The translations under genes were made by a program, and so were the position numbers. The notes below the pieces were generated by a model. It was not told the origin of the DNA, did not search any database, and worked only from the letters and a program-made list of their open reading frames with translations. A DNA stretch of 8,881 nt from Candidatus Woesearchaeota archaeon (GTDB taxonomy: Archaea; Nanobdellota; Nanobdellia; Pacearchaeales; GW2011-AR1), in assembly GCA_964468785.1 (NCBI GenBank), contig CAYXWK010000011.1:1-8881 (forward strand). Reading direction: 5' to 3'. Positions within the stretch are counted from its first letter, which is position 1, and the number at the start of each line of letters is the position of its first letter. Positions 1-5,567 of the stretch are shown in pieces.

Positions 1-1
1 C

Positions 2-79
2 GAGGGTTCTGAAGAATGTTTCAGCCAGTATGAATTTGCGAGAATAGGTTTCGAACTAAATGAACCGGGTAGATGTTAG
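2..79 (+). pseudogene. 3' end of a reading frame entering from the window edge (EGSEECFSQYEFARIGFELNEPGRC*), stopped by TAG 77-79. Same frame as 119..1258 and probably the same ancestral gene.
   Basis: Hand translation of frame 2. The peptide aligns without gaps to residues 329-348 of the 5568..7781 product (CLEPFSRLEFGLRTNEPSQC-R-IS vs CFSQYEFARIGFELNEPGRC-*-IS), and the alignment continues across the stop. Confidence 0.5.
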
Positions 80-118
80 ATATCAGCAATTCCACCTACT
101 CTAAACAGCTTTGACGCG

Positions 119-1258
119 ATGACGAGAATAGGTTCTTTCGGAAAAAATCAGACGATAGTTTTCAGAGGAATTAATCTGCCGGACTTAGGATATGAAGGTC
201 AGCTTTCTCAGGAAATTGAAAATGATGTAACTTTGTACGTTGTTTGTGAAGATTATCACGAAAGAAGAAATGAGCTGAGTCCGTTCAAAATTAATCTTTG
301 TGTTACTCCGAGGGACTTTCAGCCGGTCGTTTTGAATAATCTTGGAAGGCAGACTATTCCTCTTGCTTTTGATGCGACAAGTTATGATTTGAGTTTTGAG
401 ATAAATGAAGCTGCGGAGTGTAGATGGGATACGAGAAGTAATCTGAGGTTTAGCGAAATGCCTGCGCAGAATAGTTGTAATGCTGTTCAGATTTCTGGAG
501 GATATAGTTGTAATTTCGGGAGTATTCCTATAAGCGTTCCGACGACAAAATTGTGCGTGAAGTGTCTTGACCATCCTGAGTGGAAAGGAACTAGCAGAGA
601 GGGAGAGAGAAATGAAAATCAGCAATGTGCGAGTTTTGAGATTGTAAAAAGTCCGAGCGCGTTGAGTGCGGAGATAGTTAATCCGGTAAACGGATTTTTG
701 AAGAAAATCGGTGCGGGAATAACTAGTATTGAAGTTTTCGTCAGAACGAACGGGGGCGCGAATTCCGGAAACGCAGATTGTTTCATAAATATAGATGGTA
801 CGGGAGAGCAGCCGTTTAAACAAACAGGTGGAAAAGAACACAAGATGACATTTAATCAGCTGACTGCGGGAGAACACGAGATGAAAATAGTTTGTAGAGA
901 TGGAGTTAATCCACGAGTGACTCTTAACTCAAAGTTCACAATTGAAACAGAAAACACGATTCCGAAAGTTAGTAGAATTTTTTCGAGCGACGGCAAACTT
1001 ATTATTGTTACGGATGAACCAGCAGAATGTGCTTATACCTTTGACAAAGTTGAAGGAAGAAACTCTGCTTGTAACTTCAAAGTAGAAGAGGCATCGAGTT
1101 TAAGCGGAGTATATTTGATGGGAATTGTTTTGGGGAGCGAAGGATTGCGACACGAAACTCAAATTCAACACGGACAAATCTATTATATGAAATGCAAAGA
1201 CATTTATGGAAACGAAGATTCAGGATGTGGAATTATAGCTTCTCCAGGAACATACTAA
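119..1258 (+). CDS. Cysteine-containing Ig-like-repeat surface protein, C-terminal portion. Collinear paralog of the C-terminal half of 5568..7781. As called it has no signal peptide of its own.
   Basis: 379-aa ORF ending in TAA. Recurrent motif [TI][ND]E[PA]xxC[RA][WY] (INEAAECRWD, TDEPAECAYT) is paired with Y/I-x-x-C-x-D strands (LYVVCEDY, MKIVCRDG, YYMKCKDIYGN), in the same order as in 5568..7781. The antisense ORFs here are low complexity. Confidence 0.75.
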   Translation: MTRIGSFGKNQTIVFRGINLPDLGYEGQLSQEIENDVTLYVVCEDYHERRNELSPFKINLCVTPRDFQPVVLNNLGRQTIPLAFDATSYDLSFEINEAAECRWDTRSNLRFSEMPAQNSCNAVQISGGYSCNFGSIPISVPTTKLCVKCLDHPEWKGTSREGERNENQQCASFEIVKSPSALSAEIVNPVNGFLKKIGAGITSIEVFVRTNGGANSGNADCFINIDGTGEQPFKQTGGKEHKMTFNQLTAGEHEMKIVCRDGVNPRVTLNSKFTIETENTIPKVSRIFSSDGKLIIVTDEPAECAYTFDKVEGRNSACNFKVEEASSLSGVYLMGIVLGSEGLRHETQIQHGQIYYMKCKDIYGNEDSGCGIIASPGTY

Positions 1259-1278
1259 ACTTTATAGTGGTAGCAAAA

Positions 1279-1286
1279 TTTAAATA
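1279..1286 (+). promoter_or_regulatory. TATA-like box (TTTAAATA) preceded by TAGCAAAA, about 25 nt upstream of ATG 1308
   Basis: The spacing fits an archaeal TATA-to-TSS distance with transcription starting at or near the ATG (leaderless). The TAGCAAAA prefix is shared with the promoter at 3017. Confidence 0.45.
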
Positions 1287-1307
1287 TCTTGAAAATATCG
1301 GAATTTT

Positions 1308-2006
1308 ATGCTTGAAGGAATAAGAAAATATGTTGCGACTGGACTGGTTGGTTCAGCTTTAGCTTTAAACACGGGATGTTTAGATGTTGCGATGTTTGCA
1401 TTCGGACAGATTGCAGCTCATGAAAGAAGTAAAAGAGAAAGAGAGGTAGTGGAAAGAGAAAATGAAAGAACGAGGAGGGAACTTCAGGAGCTTAGAAATG
1501 AGATTAGAAGGTTAGGAGGTTCTTCGCCGACACACGAGAATAAATACGAACCTCAACGAACAATTCCTATTGAAAACTCGCTACAAGTCAGCACGCGCAG
1601 ATTTAGAGGCTCGGCGACTAATGAAAATCCTGCTTGGGAGAGAAAACCTCACTCAGAATTAACTTTTTTCTGTTCATCTGGTAAAGAATGGAATGACTTA
1701 AATCGGAATGGAATAATGGAAAAAGGAGAGATAGTATCTGCTGAGAGGTTTAGATATGGACAAACAGCCTGGTTTCATGCGGCTCAATTAAATTCAGGAG
1801 ATGTTGAAATTAGATTACATAGAATTTATTTTGAAGGAAACAATTCTATGAGGGAAAATGTTTACAACCACAGAGAATCTGTAAAAGAAAGAGGAAATTT
1901 CAGTCATGCCGTAAACCTGAAAGGGTTTAAACATGGAATGTACGAGGCAATATTGACTAATAACGGTGAAGGTTCCGTAAAAACTGAGTTTAAAATAAGT
2001 CAATAA
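1308..2006 (+). CDS. Membrane-anchored or lipoprotein-like protein with a charged coiled-coil stalk and a C-terminal globular domain; function unknown
   Basis: 232-aa ORF. The N-terminal hydrophobic segment YVATGLVGSALALNTGC has a lipobox-like xTGC. It is followed by ERSKREREVVERENERTRRELQELRNEIRRL (heptad-like, highly charged) and then a ~150-aa mixed domain. Confidence 0.8.
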   Translation: MLEGIRKYVATGLVGSALALNTGCLDVAMFAFGQIAAHERSKREREVVERENERTRRELQELRNEIRRLGGSSPTHENKYEPQRTIPIENSLQVSTRRFRGSATNENPAWERKPHSELTFFCSSGKEWNDLNRNGIMEKGEIVSAERFRYGQTAWFHAAQLNSGDVEIRLHRIYFEGNNSMRENVYNHRESVKERGNFSHAVNLKGFKHGMYEAILTNNGEGSVKTEFKISQ

Positions 2007-2016
2007 TCGGGAAAAG

Positions 2017-2024
2017 AATATAAA
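2017..2024 (+). promoter_or_regulatory. TATA-like box (AATATAAA) preceded by GGGAAAAG, 22-25 nt upstream of ATG 2043/2046
   Basis: The position and A-rich upstream flank match the other putative promoters in the window. Confidence 0.4.
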
Positions 2025-2042
2025 CTGTGAAAAATTTATTGG

Positions 2043-2820
2043 ATGATGAAAAAAGAGAGATATCTTCTTTTACTTCTTGGCGTTGCGCTTTTTGTCGGTG
2101 CTTCTGGATATGAGATTTTATTTTCGGACGATGTTTTTTTTTAGCACGACTTCTGGAGGAGGAGATGAATGTGAAGATGAGCGCGAAATAGAGGTTTGTT
2201 TTGATTCATGCTTTTTAGATACCTATGCCAGATGCGTCCAATCTATTTCATGCGATGTTCCGCTAAAAGATGGAAAGATTTTATGTGAGAATGTGCCTGA
2301 ATGCGATTGTGACAGTGTTGAACAATGTGAAGAAAATAAAGGGGTTTGTTTGAACGATCTAACACGACGATATGGAGGATGTAGCGAGAAAGAAATACGA
2401 GAAAAAATAGATGCGGAATTGAATGGGTGTACTTACGGTCATGGATTAGCAGGAATTGTTGACAGAATTGAACAATGTGTGGCTGGATTGTTCACAGAAT
2501 ATGGTGTAACAGATCCAACAGGAAAGGACAGAAAACGTATGGATAAGTTGGTTGAGGGTATGATAAAGAAGTGTGAAGAAGACAAGAAAAAATGTGAAAA
2601 AGAAGAAGAAACCTGTAAAAATAATGTCGCAGATTGCAATAGCGCTTTGGAAGAATATGGTGGGCTTGAAAAATGCGTCACAGATTTTCAGAATTGCGTA
2701 AATCCTGAACGTGAAAGAGAGATATGTGAGGCCAAGGTTAAGATTGAATGTTATGATGAAGCTTGGGAAACTTGTCTTCGAGATTGTGTGGAGATGATCC
2801 TTAATTGCCCTGCCAGATAA
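2043..2820 (+). CDS. Secreted acidic 24-cysteine protein, frameshifted. The signal-peptide leader (2043..2144, frame 0, ends at TAG) and the Cys-rich body (frame +1, to TAA 2818-2820) are joined at a T9 tract.
   Basis: Frame 0 gives MMKKERYLLLLLGVALFVGASGYEILFSDDVFF*, a canonical n/h/c signal peptide. The body (STTSGGGDECEDEREIEVCFDSC...) is open in frame +1 from 2077, but its in-frame starts (TTG 2077, ATG 2110, ATG 2131) give no signal peptide. Removing one T from the T9 run fuses the two frames exactly. Confidence 0.7.
2134..2142 (+). repeat. T9 homopolymer at the signal-peptide/body junction of the 2043..2820 gene
   Basis: Counted directly: g-ttttttttt-ag. The 0-frame reads GTT TTT TTT TAG. 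Confidence 0.95.
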
Positions 2821-3016
2821 ATCTCTTAATAATTGTGAAAAATTTAATCACTTTTACTTCGCTGTAAAAATATAAGAGTGAATAATTTTATTTAACTTGA
2901 AACATAGGTTGATGATTTTTATCTTCAGTAATAGCAGTCTGTTCCGCATTTCCAAGATAATTTGTTTTGATGAATTAATTTATACAAAAAATTAACATCC
3001 TCAATTAGCAAAACAA

Positions 3017-3023
3017 TTATAAA
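3017..3023 (+). promoter_or_regulatory. TATA box (TTATAAA) preceded by TAGCAAAACA, about 25 nt upstream of ATG 3045; promoter of the three-gene operon
   Basis: It lies at the 3' end of the longest non-coding gap in the window (2821-3035/3044). The spacing predicts a leaderless transcript starting at about ATG 3045. Confidence 0.5.
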
Positions 3024-3044
3024 GAAATTTTTACTTTGACATTG

Positions 3045-3812
3045 ATGGAAAAAAGAGGGCAGGTTGCGATTTTTGTAATTATCGCGATAGTGATTGTTGT
3101 CGCAGGAATTCTTGTTTATATGTTTTTACCACAGGCAAGAAACCTCATTTCGGGAGAGGTTACACCAACGGAATTTATTCAAAGATGCGTCGAGGATGAG
3201 GTTCAGAGAGGAGTTGAAATTCTTTCAAAACAGGGAGGATATCTTGAACCTGAAGGATATATTATGTATCAAGATAATAAAGTAAAGTATCTCTGCTATA
3301 CTGCGCAATACTATTTGCCGTGCAAAGTTCAGCAACCTTTAATAAAAAGACATTTTGAAAGAGAACTTGAGGGAATGATTGCTGCAAAAACTGCGGAATG
3401 TCTTTCCGAAATGAAAAGAAATTATGAAAGCAGAGGATTTGAAGTTGATGGCGGAGACGAAAGCAGTGTCGGAGTAGATATAATTCCCGGAGTGATGAAT
3501 ATTTTAGTCAGTGCGCCTATGACAATTTCACGCGGAGGTGACGTTCAAAGATTCAATAGTTTCAATGTAAATTACCCGAGCAGACTTTATGAAATACTTG
3601 CGATATCACACAGCATAATAGATTTTGAAGCCACTCTTGGAGATACTTCGACAGATTTATATTACGCATATTACCCTAACTTAGTAATTTACAAAAATAA
3701 ACTTGGAGATGGAACTACGATTTACAAAGTTAGAGATGTTACGACGAGGGAAGAATTTAATTTTGCGTCGAGAAGTTTGGCGTGGCCAGGAGGTTTGGGA
3801 TTAAATGGATAA
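3045..3812 (+). CDS. Pilin-like protein: a class III (prepilin/archaellin-type) signal peptide plus a ~225-aa globular domain
   Basis: From ATG 3045 the N-terminus is MEKRG|QVAIFVIIAIVIVVAGILVYMF: a short basic n-region, a K/R-G|Q cleavage motif and a ~22-aa hydrophobic helix. The ORF-track start (TTG 3036) would lie upstream of the predicted TSS. The stop overlaps the next gene by 8 nt. Confidence 0.85.
   Translation: MEKRGQVAIFVIIAIVIVVAGILVYMFLPQARNLISGEVTPTEFIQRCVEDEVQRGVEILSKQGGYLEPEGYIMYQDNKVKYLCYTAQYYLPCKVQQPLIKRHFERELEGMIAAKTAECLSEMKRNYESRGFEVDGGDESSVGVDIIPGVMNILVSAPMTISRGGDVQRFNSFNVNYPSRLYEILAISHSIIDFEATLGDTSTDLYYAYYPNLVIYKNKLGDGTTIYKVRDVTTREEFNFASRSLAWPGGLGLNG
3789..3794 (+). promoter_or_regulatory. 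Shine-Dalgarno-like GGAGGT 10 nt upstream of ATG 3805
   Basis: A perfect core SD inside the 3' end of the preceding gene. This is typical of internal genes in archaeal operons whose first gene is leaderless. Confidence 0.5.
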
Positions 3813-5565
3813 GAGATTTGCACTCTTTGTTATTTTAGGAGTTATAATTTTTTCTTCAATTGTTGTAAGAATGAGTGCGCAGGAAAACGAGATAGTTGGA
3901 ACTAATCAGGCGACAGTTTGTTGTGAAACAACTCGTTCCGGACTTACTTGCCAGGATGTTTTGGCTGAACATTGTGCCCCAGATAGCAGACAACCTCCGA
4001 CTGCTTGTGAATCAACTTCTTTCTGTCAAACTGGATGGTGTTATGATTCCAAAGAGGGATATTGCTTAGATAATACTCCTCAATTTACTTGCAACAAAGA
4101 AGGAGGAACTTGGAGTCTTGAAGAACCTGCTGTTTGTGGTCTTGGGTGTTGCGTTCTTGATGACCAGGCCGCATTTGTTACGCAGGTAAATTGTAAGAGA
4201 CTTTCAGGATTTGCGGGAATTGAAGCGAATTGGAATCCTACAATAACTAATGCTCCTCAATGTGTTCTAACCGCCGGAAACAAAGAAAAGGGGGCATGCG
4301 TTTATTGGGACAAATTTGAGAGAGGATGTAAATTTACGACTAGGGAAAACTGCGTGGAAGGATTTGTTTATGGAACTACTACGAGCGAGGCAACTCAAAG
4401 TGCAAACGCACAACTTGCAACACAACTAACGCCCGCACCTCAACCAACTATCGGACAGAATAGTTCTAACGGGAGTAGCGTTACCGGCTCGGCAATTCTT
4501 GCAAGTGTAAGTGCGCAGGAAAATACTAATTTTTCAAACTACGGAATAATTGATTTTCACCCAGGAAAACTTTGTTCTGCCGAAGAACTTGGAACCATTT
4601 GCTCTCCGACGGAAAACACGGTCTGTATGCCTGGAAAAGAAGAGGTTTATTTTGTTGACACTTGTGGAAATCCTGCAAATATATATGACGCGTCTAAAAT
4701 AAGGGATAAAAATTATTGGAACGAAATAGTTGAGAAAGCGAATTCGTGCGGGTTTGGTGGTTCGAATGAAGATAGTAAGACTTGTGGGAATTGTAATTAT
4801 TTGCTTGGAAGCTTTTGCAGAAGTGCTGACAAAAATAACCCTACTTATGGAGACAATATTTGTCAAAGTCTGAATTGTGTTGACGGAAATGGGCAGAAAA
4901 AAATTCACGGAGAGAGTTGGTGCATTTACGATGGTGGAACTACTGGTGCGCCGGGAAGCAGAGCATACAGACAGCTTTGTAATAATGGAGAAATAATTGT
5001 TGAACCGTGTGCGGACTTTAGGCAGGAAGAGTGTATTGAAAGCAGTGCAACGGGATTTTCACAGGCGGCGTGCAGAGTAAACAGGTGGCAGGATTGCACT
5101 GCACAAACAGAACAATTTCAGTGTGAAAACGGAGATGTGCGTGACTGCAAGTGGATGCCAGGATTTGAATATGTTTTGTTCGGAAGTGTTTTGAACGGAA
5201 CAACTATTGACGCAAATTCTCTTGGTGCAATTGCGCAGGGATTGAAAGAGATAGGCGGATTGAAGAATGTTCCTGAAGGTTCGTGTGTTCCGAAAACTCC
5301 TCCTGGACTGAACAGAGCGACTGATGAAGCGCCAGCTATTTGTGCGCAGGCGAATGCAGTTTGTCCGGTGAAATATGAAAAGAGTTTGTTGAGTGGAGAG
5401 TGGGAATGTGTCGAGCATTGCGATTGTCTTCCTGGCGGAGCTTTGGAAAAGGCAAGAGTTGAATTATGCATGTCGATTGGTGACTGCGGACCGAAAGTAA
5501 ACTATGTCGGAGTTGCCGGAAGCGGACCGGGTTACAGCGTCGATGAGCGGAAGCTGGATAGCTGA
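3805..5565 (+). CDS. Secreted two-module protein with about 43 cysteines in 586 aa; function unknown
   Basis: N-terminal Sec-type signal MDKRFALFVILGVIIFSSIVVRMSA|QEN. Module 1 (aa ~30-189) has 17 Cys. A T/S/Q/A/P-rich linker spans aa ~190-240. Module 2 (aa ~241-586) has about 26 Cys. ATG overlaps the upstream stop (ATGGATAA), and TGA lies 2 nt before the next ATG. Confidence 0.9.
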   Translation: MDKRFALFVILGVIIFSSIVVRMSAQENEIVGTNQATVCCETTRSGLTCQDVLAEHCAPDSRQPPTACESTSFCQTGWCYDSKEGYCLDNTPQFTCNKEGGTWSLEEPAVCGLGCCVLDDQAAFVTQVNCKRLSGFAGIEANWNPTITNAPQCVLTAGNKEKGACVYWDKFERGCKFTTRENCVEGFVYGTTTSEATQSANAQLATQLTPAPQPTIGQNSSNGSSVTGSAILASVSAQENTNFSNYGIIDFHPGKLCSAEELGTICSPTENTVCMPGKEEVYFVDTCGNPANIYDASKIRDKNYWNEIVEKANSCGFGGSNEDSKTCGNCNYLLGSFCRSADKNNPTYGDNICQSLNCVDGNGQKKIHGESWCIYDGGTTGAPGSRAYRQLCNNGEIIVEPCADFRQEECIESSATGFSQAACRVNRWQDCTAQTEQFQCENGDVRDCKWMPGFEYVLFGSVLNGTTIDANSLGAIAQGLKEIGGLKNVPEGSCVPKTPPGLNRATDEAPAICAQANAVCPVKYEKSLLSGEWECVEHCDCLPGGALEKARVELCMSIGDCGPKVNYVGVAGSGPGYSVDERKLDS

Positions 5566-5567
5566 AT

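Noticed and set aside
77-79. Genome-wide reassignment of TAG to a sense codon (for example pyrrolysine-type or code-15-like)
   Set aside because: hjc terminates at TAG 7852-7854 at the length expected for Hjc, and the frame beyond it stays open for more than 20 extra codons into the convergent gap. All other stops in the window are TAA or TGA, so a single internal TAG is too little evidence. The local explanation (nonsense mutation, readthrough or error) is kept as a finding instead.
185-877. 230-aa and 74-aa antisense ORFs (185..877 -, 619..843 -) overlapping the 119..1258 gene
   Set aside because: Their translations are low-complexity and rich in S/R/I/L/F. They have no signal, motif or paralog support. 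The + strand frame has a clear paralog elsewhere in the window.
2077-2133. TTG 2077, ATG 2110 or ATG 2131 as the true start of the Cys-rich gene
   Set aside because: All three give an N-terminus without a signal peptide for an obviously disulfide-type protein (MALRFLSVLLDMRFYFRTMFFF is out-of-frame signal-peptide DNA). The adjacent frame encodes a textbook signal peptide ending in the T9 run.
2026-2846. Exact 13-nt direct repeat TGTGAAAAATTTA at 2026-2038 and 2834-2846 flanking the frameshifted Cys-rich gene (possible cassette boundaries)
   Set aside because: The identity does not extend a single base on either side. An AT-rich 13-mer match somewhere in about 9 kb of AT-rich sequence is roughly expected by chance. 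There is no integrase or other mobility gene nearby.
2912-2995. 27-aa ORF (MIFIFSNSSLFRISKIICFDELIYTKN) in the long intergenic gap
   Set aside because: It has no TATA box at the right spacing and no SD. The sequence is low complexity, so it is most likely a chance ORF in AT-rich DNA.
3036-3044. TTG 3036 as the start of the pilin-like gene (ORF-track call MTLMEKRGQ...)
   Set aside because: The TATA box at 3017-3023 predicts a TSS at about 3043-3048, downstream of the TTG. ATG 3045 gives the canonical short class III leader MEKRG|Q.
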